A stretch of 64,000 nucleotides of DNA from Eledone cirrhosa (Eukaryota), in NCBI GenBank assembly GCA_964016885.1, contig OZ024743.1:17050001-17114000 (forward strand). Direction: 5' to 3'. Position 1 is the stretch's first letter; every line of letters starts with the position of its first letter. This document shows, piece after piece, positions 1-11,444 of the stretch. A program made the translations under genes and the position numbers. The notes below the pieces were generated by a model. It was not told the DNA's origin. It was given only the letters and a program-made list of their open reading frames with translations, and did not search any database.

Positions 1-3000
1 TATTATTTTTATTATAGCTGCATTTATCTTGCTTTATGTTCATACGAGTTATACCAATACACAACCAGTGACCTCAAGAGACAACAAGGTCCGCCATGTT
101 CAAGTAAGAACATACATACTCACACATGCATCTTTAGGTGTTTAGACTTGTGATGTACTTATACTGACAGAATCTTCCTTAGTATATGGGCAGTTCCCAT
201 TAGTACTATCTTTTGTATTTCTCCTATACGCGGGTTTCCTGGGATTTGCGATAAGTAATCATTAGACCCCTTAGGTATCATTCCTAGAGCGCCTACAACC
301 ACTGGTATTCTTTAACTTCTCAACTTCCACATTTTTCAAATTTCTATCTCCAGGTCCTTATACTTGCTCAATTTTTTAAATGTTTTTATATATACATTCT
401 TATCTATTAGAACGGACATATCAATTAGCAGGCATACCCTCTTTTTAAATCCTTCAATATTATATCAGGTCTATTTGCATCTAGTTTTCGGTCTGTTTGG
501 ATGCTAAAGTTCTACAAGATTGAGATGTGATCTTTTTCAAGTATGGGGGGGGGGGGGATGATGCTCCCACCAATTCTTTTGATGGGGCAGGTCAAAATGC
601 TTACACATTATCCAATGTATCTATTGTGCAGCTCTGTCATGCTTGTTTAGGTATTCGGTTGGAGCTATAGGACTGCACATTGAAATTATATAGTCAATGG
701 TCTCTGGTTGTTTTTTACATACAGGGCATAATGGGCTGCATCCATTTTTTATTATGTTGGCTTGGTAATGTTTTGTTGGCAGACACTGATCTTGTGCTGA
801 TATAATCAGTCCTTCAGTCTCCGATTTCAGTCCAGAGGATGCCAACCACTGATGGGTTAAAGTTTTGTCAACATCACGATTGTTAGCTCGTTCTGGGTAT
901 TTTCCATACAGAGACTTTTCTTGCCATTTCTTAGCCAGTTTCTGTAGCAGTTCTTTCTTTGCAGTTACTTTTACCTGCTTTGCTTTTTCTGTGTTTTCCA
1001 TTTCAGCAGTAAATGGGACTTCTGAAATTTGTAGTCTATTACTGTATCTTTGTGCATCTTTTGTAATGGAGTATGATCTGTTGATGCTTTCGTGTTTCAA
1101 AACGAGTTTGATCATCCAATCATGTGATTCCCTTAGATATGTAGATAATGCAATTGTTGCAGTTTTCAACGCAATGTCTAACTGGATTAACCCACGTCCT
1201 CCTTCTTTCCTAGGGAGATATATTCTATCTGTATCTGCCTTAGGGTGATGCATTCTGTGCATGGTTAAGAATTTTCGAATTTTTGTATCGAGCCTTCGGA
1301 TCTCCGTGTTTGACCAGTTGATGACATTGTAACTGTAGGTTACTACTGGTATGGCAAGCGTGTTTATGGCATCGATCCTATTCCTTGCATTCAATTCCGT
1401 TCTTAAAATTGCTCTTACTCTGCGGTAACATTCCTTCCTTATCCTTTCCCTCATTGTCGAGTGCTTGATTCCGTCTCCTTCACAAACACCTAGATATTTG
1501 TTAAGTTTCATCTTGATCAAGCTCTCTTATCACATTCCCCCGATCAAGATTAATGTCTGAACTTTTCAGCAGCCTTCCTCTGGTGAACGTTGCTTCGGCG
1601 CATTCATCTATTCCAAACTCCATTTTAATGTCCTCACTGAACTACTCCACAGTGGATAATAGCCCTTGCAATTGTTCATCATTTTTTGCAAATAGTTTCA
1701 GGTCATCCATGTAGAACAAGTGATTAATGATTTTTTAATAGACTTTATATCCATGTTTTGTTTGATTGAGTATTTTACTTAATGGTATAAGTGCGATGCA
1801 TAATATAAACGGTGATAAAGAGTCACCCTGAACAATTCCACAATTAATATTAACTTCTCCAGCTTCCAGTGATTTTGTTTCACTATTGAAAAGGAGTGTC
1901 GTTTTCCATGTCTTCATCCTGAATGACAAAAACCTCCTGACAACGGGAGATATTTTGAAAATCTCTAAACATTTTTCAATCCAACTGTGTGGCAAACTAT
2001 CGAATGCTTTTTTTATAATCTATCCAAGCAATTAATAGATTTTTATGTCTATTATGACAATCTTCCAGTATCATTTTGTTAACCTAAAGCTGATCCTTAC
2101 AGCCATATGAGCCTCGTTTACACCCTTTCTGCTCAATGGGAAATAGGTCATTTGTTATCAGGTGGTCATATGTATATTCAGTTAGGACTGATGTTAACAT
2201 TTCATACATTGTGGTCAAGCCAGTTATCGGTCTGTAATTGTTGGGATTATTTGTCTCACCATTCTTCGGAAGCAGGAATGTAATGCCGTTAACTAGCCAT
2301 GATGGTATCTTTTCTGGCTCCTTAACTATTTCATTGTAAAGTTGGGCTAACAGCTCAGGAGACTCTGTGAAGGCATTTATCCAAAAATGTTGTATTTTGT
2401 CTATTCCTGGGGATTTCCATTTGCTGGTTTTTCTTAGAGCCAAACGCAACTGTTCAATTGTTATATTTTCCCATATTTGTTCCTCAAGGTGAGCTGTATC
2501 TTTCATTTGTCTGTCTATCCATGGGGCATGTATATTATGAACTATTTCTTTGGCCCAGTTCTTCTCCCAGAATTCTTGCACTTCCTCCTTGGGTGGTATT
2601 GATTTAGCAGTTATTGTTGACTTACCAATTTTTCTGTAGAAGTTTATTTGGTTGTTTTTGAACATATTATTGTCCTTATAGAATCTAGATCGTTTTTCAA
2701 AGCGCCTTATACGAGCAGCTTCGGCCGACACGTTTTGCTTGATTATTTATATCAGCATGTCTATGTCACTTGTTGATTTTATACTGTACTTTCCTTTCAA
2801 TTTTCTAAGTTTAGTTTGTTTAACATGTTCACCTACTTTATAGTTTGTTACAATTTCCATGTCAGATCGGAGTAGGTTTATTTGGCGATTGATGTTCTCT
2901 TGCCAAGTAGATTTCTTGTGGGAATTCTTTTGTTTTTTTCATCTTCACTCCACATAAGTGAGTGGTGACTTTAGCCGATGCATAATAGAGATGATTTAAA

Positions 3001-3380
3001 TCAGTAATGTTTAGTTTGTTTGTGATGATAATGTTTTTGAGAATTATGTTAGTCTTGTGTATTATCTTTTGGTTCTGTTTGGAGTTCTGGATCTTAGGGA
3101 GGGTGTCTCGTTCCCCCATGTCAGATTCTTTCATTTTCATCCATTCGATCATAATTTCATCCTTCAAGTTGGCAAGTTCATTCTCATTCATTTCTTTATC
3201 ATTTACGATCTCATTGTTTTCATTTTGAGTTTCATCTTAAGCATGCACTCACTCCACTTTTTCGATCCGTTCTTTAATTTGTTCTGTTGTCAATGATTCC
3301 GCCCCAACCCTGGGATTCGAAGTGTTACAATTTACCTCGTTTTCACTGACACATGTTTCATTTCCCTCCGCTGACTTTGT
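1..3380 (-). mobile_element. R4/Dong-like (RT + restriction-like endonuclease) non-LTR retrotransposon, 5'-truncated, copy A
   Basis: Minus-strand fragments give KSPGID, NYRPIT, EQKGC, QGDSLSP and LFYMDDLK (~1700-1720), a Cys-rich CPVC segment, then QTDRKLDANRPDI and IPVVVGALG. Stop at 159-161, short 3' UTR, TAA-type tail at 1-16; the 5' end abuts (TTA)n. Confidence 0.88.
159..3191 (-). pseudogene. Frameshifted RT-RLE polyprotein of Dong-like copy A
   Basis: ORF pieces 2862-3191, 2084-2731, 1735-1995 and 621-1520, plus RLE motifs at 159-620, are collinear but broken by frameshifts. Confidence 0.85.
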
Positions 3381-3400
3381 TATTATTATTATTATTATTA
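3380..3400. repeat. (TTA)n microsatellite between two retrotransposons
   Basis: ttattattattattattatta seen directly. Confidence 0.95.
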
Positions 3401-6400
3401 TCGGTCTGTTCGGCCTTTTTTTGCTCGCTCCCAGTAAGTCGCATTGTTTGCCTGTTAAAATTATTTGTTGTTAAATATTTCTTGTTATGTAAGGGATATA
3501 AGCCCTTAGACTTTCCTCTCTGAAAGGGATATGGGCCTTTTGGCATATGAACATTTGAATATTTGAACATTTGAACATTTGAACATTTTACTTTAAAAAA
3601 ATTGTTTGAAAAAAAAACATGGCTGAGTCATGCCCCGCAGCAATATGTCTGCTGGCGTCTGACAAAAGCGTAAAAGTTGAGAGGGGCTTACAGACATTGT
3701 TAGAACATACACCACCACAAACAGCGTGAACAAATACAACACTGAGAACACTAATTTCGAAAAAAATACCACACCAACTACAACAATAACAGCGTCAACC
3801 AAAATACAAACAACAGGAAAAATGACAACGAATGCAACAACGATGTTAACACCATTAACAAAACAAATAAACAACGACAACACCAACAGCAACAATACAA
3901 ATTGCACCGGAAACGATAACAACGGTGGCACAAAAAACACAACCATCTACAACAGCGATAACAGCAACAACACCGTTCGTGGCAGTAGCAACAGGAACAA
4001 CACCAACAACAAGTAGCGGCAGCAATAATGGTGCCGCTGAAAAATGGGCCACTTCTTTCGCAGGTGTGGCCCGAGATATAGAAACAGGGCTAGACACTGA
4101 GGAGGCGATGGGAATCGCATGATCCATGGTGTCGAGAAACCACAACAGAGTTTCCCTGAAACCTCCATCCGATTTCCTCAAAAACCAGAAACTGCGCACG
4201 GTGACTTACCGCACCGTAAGCAAAATATCGCATCGGGTGGAGAGAGCCACGGAGGCTCAAATCCAAAAGGCCTTAGGGTGCGTCTGGGCACGCAAAATCC
4301 ACATCACCCGAAGCAAAAAGTTCGGCACAGTAGACGCCACATCCCAAGAGGCGAAGTCTCACTCTTTGGAAAACCTAAAGAGTGAGGAGATAATCTTGCT
4401 GCCCTCCTACTGCGGGCAGAAAATTGTGAGGGTCAAAGTGATCCAGGTCCCGCCCGACGTGTCCATACCTTGGCTGGCCGCGTCTGTACTGGATGGAATC
4501 GAGGAGAAGACCACCATACTACAAATACAGAGAATTGGAAGAGAGAACTGGTCAGGAATAGGCATGCAAATGCTAATACAGACTGATTAGGAGTGCATCG
4601 ACGCCATCCCAGACCTCATAGTCCTCGAAGAAGTGCTCCATCTCCCTATAACCCTATCTCTGTGGGCAGAAGGGTAACCTGGGGCCTTCTGCCTGCAGAA
4701 GACATCCAAGAAGAGGGCCCCCCTCCTTCCAACGCCTGATCCGCTGCTACCAAGAGCAGGGCAGGCAACTGAGGCTGAAGACCCTTCCATGGTGCGTAGG
4801 ATGGCAACATCCATGGCACCAATACCCAGGCCACTGTAACTAAAGCAGAGGCAACAGTGGCTCAACACCAACAGTGGCAGTAGCTACGCCGGCTGTAAAA
4901 TCGCCGGAGCGGACTCAACTACCACCACCAACAGCAGTGGAGCTCATGACCCTCCTGGACGCCGCGGGTCCGACATGGAGTGTGAGGTGGGAGGGAACAG
5001 GCAAACGGTCTGCCACAAAAAAAAGAAAGAAGAGAAAAAACCCTTAGCTTCACTCTCCAAAGGCGAGGCGGACAAAGAGGGGTAAAGGGCAGACAAAGAG
5101 GGGTAAAGTCTGCAAGGAGACTTGCAACAACACCACCACTATCACAATCACCACCACAAGCATCACCACCAACAACAACCACACCACCACCAGCATCACC
5201 AAAAACACCAACATCGCAAACACAAAAAACACAGACACCCGACAGCAACAACAAGAAAACAGTAACAAAATCACCCCTACCCCCAACAAGTTCACAGCCA
5301 TAAACATGGCAAATAAAGAACTCCTACAACACATAAAGCAGCACACAGACAAAAAAACAACAACACATCTACTACACCTCACCAACACCAAGAACTTCCC
5401 CGCCAAACATAATCATGATTGAAATCTCAATAGGACATTACAAACTTTACAAACGCAATTGAAGTTTTCAGAGGGTCGGTTACCAAGAGGATATACACCG
5501 ACATCCTCTTGGTAACACCGATGACCAGCCAAAGAGACGGTTCTACTGTCCCTTCACCACACGATCAAGATAAGTGATCCTTTCTCACTTACTCCGTTTC
5601 TCATCCAACATGGCTGTACGTATAATAGGTAGTATAAATATAAGTGACCTGGGGTCATCTTGGAAGCGGGGTCACCTGCTCAACGACCACAGGTCACTAA
5701 ACATAGATGTGGTGGCCATCAGAGGGAACAGAAACTCCGAAGCATGAGCCTTCGCACCGACATCTGGTAGCTACGATGTATACGCATCTCCCAGCCGTCC
5801 AGGAACGAGGGGAGAGGTTTCCGTGCTTTTTCGGAGAATCTTGCATCTCGCCATACGGGCCATCTTCCTGGACCCAGAAGGTAAGTCGGTGATGCTGGAT
5901 GTGACCGGTTGCGAAGAGAATTATTTCAGAATAGTAGCCGTCTACGCCCCAGCAGGGGCAGGACGGCCAGATTTCTTCAGGCGTCTAGAGACCTCTCTTG
6001 GAACGTCCCGCTCTTTAGTGTTAGTGGGCGACTGGAACGGTATATTAGATACACGCAGGGATTATGTGCTGCTAGTAGGCAGGGCAGGATGGTGTAGAAA
6101 CTTCAACAACCTGCTCAGACGTTTTGAACTGTCTGACAGATATAGACTGGGTTATCCGAATGTGCCAATGTGGACATGGGAAAACCGCATCGGGTCATCT
6201 AGATCGTATTTAGATAGGGTATTCGGTAGGGAAACATATAAGGCTAGTGTAGCCTGTCCACAATTTAAAGTAGTCGAGTATACGGACCACAAATGTGTGA
6301 TCTGTGAAGGTGACTTAGATAGACTGCATAGGCAAGGGCCAGGCTACTGGAAGCTGAACGGTTTTCGTTCCCGGCGCGCAGTTACAGAGACCGGATTAGC

Positions 6401-7427
6401 GAATTAGTTAAGTGTGCGCTGACGGGTGCGATCGTCAACAACATGTGGTGGTTTACCCTGAAAAGAGCTATTAGAGTAGAATCGATAAGGTTTAGCAAAG
6501 GAGTAGTGATAGAGCAAATAGAGTAGAGAAAGTGTTAGTTAGAAAGCTGGAAGAGGCGTTTAGGATAGGCATCGCAACCGACGTGCTTGCGGCGACCAAT
6601 TCTTGGCACTCGATCAATTCTTCAACGCAAAGCATGAAGGCTGCGTTGTCAGAGCTAGAACGCGTACTCTAAGAGACGAGGGGATGAAAGCCGTTCAATG
6701 GGCCCGGGTGGTGGAGGCATGACGTGGCAACAAGTCCAAAATTCCGTCTTTGCCTGAACAAAACGGGCGCATGTTGTTCGAACCCGAGCAGATGTGTGTG
6801 GCTTTTCAACAGCACTTTGCTCAATTGTTCGGGAGCGGCGGCGGGCTGGATCGGTGTATGGAATTCGGGGCATACTTCGACGGACTGCCGCGGCTCTTGA
6901 CGACCACAGCGCAGTGCTGCGAAATACCGATAACAGCAGGTGAAATACAGGGCGCGATGTCTGACTGCACGAGGGGTAAATCGCCAGGTTTGGATGGTCT
7001 GCCCTACGAGCTTTATCCGTATATGCCAGGCATGAAGAGAAAAATCAGGGTGGAGAGGCAAGTGCTGCCTTCTACTAAGTTTGTTCAAAGGTGGGTTAAA
7101 GTGTCGAGTTTGGTCCGAGTGAACGGGCCTGCTCAGCGTATACGCTTGTAGACTGAGGAGTGGGAAACGTGAGAGAGGGCGCTTGATCTAGTGGTCACTG
7201 TGGCCGTGGTCTTTTGTGTAGTTTTCACCACGAGTGACACTCGGAGGTTTCCCCCTTCTTGGGAAATTTTTGTTGTTTGAAATTCTTTTGATTTCTATCC
7301 CGATTTTGTTATGACCTGTTTACACGACCAAAACACACTTTGTATCGCCGTGTACTGTTCTGTGCCGTCTGTAATGTTTTTATTTGTGTCAGCCCTTGTG
7401 GCCAATAAAGAAACCATTATTATTATA
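3401..7427 (+). mobile_element. Tx1/L1-clade LINE copy 1, internally deleted
   Basis: N/T-rich ORF1. ORF2 starts at ATG 5610 with AP-endonuclease motifs (GSIN, AVYAP, VGDWNG, SYLDRV, TDHK, GPGYWKLN) and KSPGLDGLPYE, then jumps to the C-terminal KRKIRVER. 3' UTR with AATAAA and ATT tail. Confidence 0.88.
5610..7151 (+). pseudogene. ORF2 (APE + start of RT fused to C-terminus) of Tx1 copy 1
   Basis: ORF track 5823-6407 and 6750-7151. RT core absent when compared with copy 3. Confidence 0.85.
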
Positions 7428-10400
7428 CTTTGAGTCTCAGTCATTGATGTTATTTAACTGGAAAGTTTGTTGAAATGAATATCAAGCCGCTACCTGCAGC
7501 CTCAGATATTCAGGACGTATCGGAGGGTATTTGCTGTTCACAGCAAGCATGCTTTTTGAAGTGTTACAAAAAGCGGGGCTGGACTAATCTTCTTTAAACA
7601 TCCTTGGAAACTCTTTGATATAATACCTAGTGCGCCTATGACAATCGGGACGACCTTGACTTCATGGCAGTCCCAAATCCCTTTTAACTCCCTATTTAAG
7701 CCCTGGTATCGGTTAATTTTCTACCTCTCCTTTTCTTGCACTCTCGTGTCAAATGGGCAGACTACATCAACAATCAGGCAGGCTGTATTTTCCTTGTCCA
7801 AAACTACCCGGTCAGGCCTATTGGGTTCTAATTTCTTGTCCGTCTGTATCATAAAATCCGATAGCACTTTCACCTGATCGTTTTCTATCACCGACCCTGG
7901 CTTATGCTCATACCACTTCTCAGATTGTGGTAAATTGTTTACTTTGCATAGATGCCAGTGGATCACCCTGCCTATCACATCATGTCTCCAGCCGTTATAG
8001 TGTGTCTGGGTTAGGTATTTACATTCGAATACAATGTGAGCCAGAGTCTCCTCTCTTTCTCCACATATCTTACACAGTGGGTTAGCCTTCTCCTTGTAAA
8101 TATGGTGTTTCACCCACTTCGTCCTGAGAGCCTGCTCATGCGCAGCTATTAGCATTCCTTATGTAGCCTTTTGAAGGTATCCTTTTTTTGACCAGTTCCT
8201 TGTCTGTTGATCTCTAAATTCAGTTTCCTTAAAGAAGGTACTATGAAGGGATTTTTCATGAAGGTTGCTCTTCCTCCTTGTTGTTATGTCCACCTTGGAC
8301 ATCGGCTGGTCTATTGTCTTCTCCTTCAGTACAATTATAAGCATTGGCTCCCTACTGTGAGTCATGTCTTTGTGTAGGTTGTTTTTCTCCATCTGAACAC
8401 ATACCTCTATGCTGATAAGACCTCTTCCACCTTCAGATCTTTAAGTAGAATCTATCGACATCATTCCTCATGTGGAACATGTAGATAGTCAATAACTTCC
8501 TAGTCTTCCCAACCATTTTTTTTGTTCAGCAACATTACATTTCAGAATTCCCGCACTGTACCTAATAATATACACAGCACTTATGGCATTTCTACTATTT
8601 AGATGTGATTGTAATACGGTCCTTACTCTCCTAATGTACACAGATCTTATCAATTCTTTCATTGGTTTTTTCTTGATGTCATCTGCCACCAGAACACCTA
8701 AATATTTGTATCCTTCTTCAGTGTCAATTTCCTTTATCATCTCACCTGTTGGTACCTGGATTCCGTTGCTTCTGCTCAATTTACCTCTCTTCATCACTAG
8801 GACTCTACACTTATAAATACCCAATTCGATACATATATCATTGCTGAAAATACGGACAGTGTCAACAAGTACATCCAACTCCTTCTCACTCTTCCCCAAG
8901 AGTTTAAGATCTTCCAAGAAGAGGAGGTGGTTGATGGTAAGCTCTCCTTTTCCCAACTTGTATCCTGCTCTCACTTTTCGCAGTATAATAGTATCAGGGC
9001 AAGGGCAGACAGATGAGGGGACAAACTATCTCCCTGGAAGATACCTCTCTTGATCTTCACGCCTCCCAAGGTTTCTCCACCCGATGTTAACTCTATTTCC
9101 CAGGACTTCATACTTTTGCTCAACAACTGTCTGATGTTATCTGCCACCTAGAAGATCACTAGGCTTTAGGTTAACCAAGAATGAGAAACCATGTCGAATG
9201 CCTTTTGTAATCTATCCATTCCATGGCAAGACCAGTGTGTCTCCTCTTGCAATTCCTCATTACCATCTTATCAATAAGTAACCGATCGTTTGTATCACGG
9301 GACTTCTTTCGGCATCCTTTCTGTTCGTCCGGTAACATGTTGTTTATGTGGAGGTGGTGGTAGATTTCCTCAGACACAATGCTTGTTAACAGTTTCCACA
9401 TTACAGAGAGACATGTGATAGGTCTATAGTTGGTAACAACATTACCCTTGATTCGGTATTTCATTACCATAACTGTGGTATCTTCTGTCAACCACTCTGG
9501 TACCTCACCCGACATCATGCAGTCATTTAAGATGGTTGTCAGTTTCGGGTGGATGGATCTTATATGTTTAATCCAATACCCTCGCACACCACTGGGCCTG
9601 GTGATTTCCAGTTGGTTACTATTTTTGCCTGCCCTTTAAGAGTTTCAACTGTGATACTCAAATCAGTGTGTTGGTGTGCTTGTTCACTAATCTCCTGTTG
9701 TACTGTCTCCATCCATACTACCTGACTATTATGTTCAAAATCCAGCTCCTATATTCCACTCCAGAATGTCTTAGTTTGTTCCGCCTCAGGGATCAAGTCG
9801 TTGCTTCTTTCTTTCTCTTCAATCTATCCACACAACATTATTTGGTTGTTGTCAAACATGCGGTTTTGTCAATACTGACTGACTCTGCACTCATACTGCC
9901 TAATCTTTTCACTTTTTGCTACAATGCGTTGCTTCAGTTCCTCTATGATAGTATTTAGGTTTTTCACCCTAGTTTTGTACTTTATTTCCAATCTATATTT
10001 AGTCTCTATATTTTGTAATGTCCCATTCAGGAGGGACTCAAGCTTTCAAATTTCTTTTCTCATTTCCTTGATTTGACCCTCAGTCGTTTCTTCCACCAAG
10101 TTCGTGATCGTTCTTGTTTGTTGTTTCCTCTCGTGTCTATGCCAAGTAATTTCCTCACCGCATTTGCTGTTGTTTTGAGGATCTTGTTGCATTGGTGAAG
10201 GTTCCTCTCCTCAAGGTATGGGATGACTTTGTTTATCTTAGCTGATGATTCGTCATGTCTCTCAACCTCTTCACCTTCATTTCACACGGGCTCGTTTGCC
10301 TGACTTACTCAACGCTCCTTTCCCAACTTAATCTCTCTGCCCAGTTCCTCCAGTTGTAACTCGCTTATCCATCTATTACTTCGTATTACCCGAGCCTGCA

Positions 10401-10845
10401 CGGCCAATTTTTGTTCATCTAATTTAAATAGAGCAATCTCGTTCCAGATGTTATGCATCCGTTTCCTATAGCCTTTTTTCCATGGGGTTACTCCTCAGGT
10501 AACATTCCATGACAGATCTATTCAATTCTTTCGTCCAGTTGGTTCTTGCCCCTTTCCTTCTTCTTCTTCCTCCAACACTTGCAGTGTTTGGATGACAGCC
10601 AGGTCCCTGCTGCTGGGCCAGGGAGCACTTGCTGGGTGATAGTCTTTCACAGGACGTTCCAGGCTCCTCTTCAAATTTATTCGAACTGTTTAGGTTCGAC
10701 ATTTAAACACTTATATTGAGGATTGTTGAATGTATGGTTACATAACCGACGGTGGTTTCATCACCCCCAGTGATTTCATTTACCCCCAGTGATTTCATCA
10801 CCCCCGGTGATTTTAGCGTGGCACCATCACGTTGTAGGCGAACGT
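7428..10845 (-). mobile_element. R4/Dong-like RT-RLE non-LTR retrotransposon, near full length, degraded, copy B
   Basis: ATG 10702 (…RTNWTKELNRSVMECY), NYRPITCL, EQKGCR, NHLLFLEDLK (decayed YMDD), CKIC…ETLAHIVFEC, WRHD, NRPD, IVDVVCPFD, VPIVIGALG. Stop ~7502; the tail is shared with the TTA run at 7416-7427. Confidence 0.88.
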
Positions 10846-11135
10846 AAATAAATAAACAAATAAATAGATAAAATAAAAAAATAATCATAAGTTTCATTGT
10901 AATGTTTGAATGTCTGACTTTTTTTATTCCTTTTTGTTTTTCGAGGCCAGTAACATCGGTTACTAGTGTTGTTGTTGCTGCTGCTGCTGCTGTTTTTGAG
11001 TTTAGCTACAAGGGAAGTAGGGGTTGTTGCGTTCAAAACTTTTGAACATTTTTTTTCTTTTGTTGTTGCATTTGTTTTTTTTTCTGTGTTCTGTTTTGTA
11101 ATTTTTCGACTTGTTGCTTATCATTATTATTGGTG

Positions 11136-11436
11136 GAGGTTAACTTTGCCTTTCATCCTTAAGAGGTCGATAAAATAAAGTACCAGTAATACACTGAGAT
11201 AATTACTGGCCTTGTGCCAAAAGTAGAAACAATTATTATTGGTGGATTAGAAGTATCGGTAGAGGGTCGGACGCCATGCTTCGACGCATACAGTTACTGC
11301 CCTTGCCATTCTGAGTTCAAATCCCGCCGCCGTTAACTTTGCCTTTCATCCTTACGGGGTCGATAAAATAAAGTACCAGTAATGTACTGGGTATTTGCTG
11401 GCATTGTGCCAATAGTAGAAACAAGTTTTATTATTA
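11136..11436 (+). mobile_element. Head-to-tail pair of tRNA-derived SINEs (5'-truncated copy then full copy)
   Basis: B-box GAGTTCAAATCCC. The core gttaactttgcctttcatcctt…gtcgataaaataaagtaccagt occurs twice, and each copy ends in gtgccaa..gtagaaac plus ATT repeats. Confidence 0.85.
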
Positions 11437-11444
11437 TATTATCA

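Noticed and set aside
11241-11330. tRNA-like A/B boxes
   Set aside because: SINE head; no cloverleaf, so not a tRNA gene.
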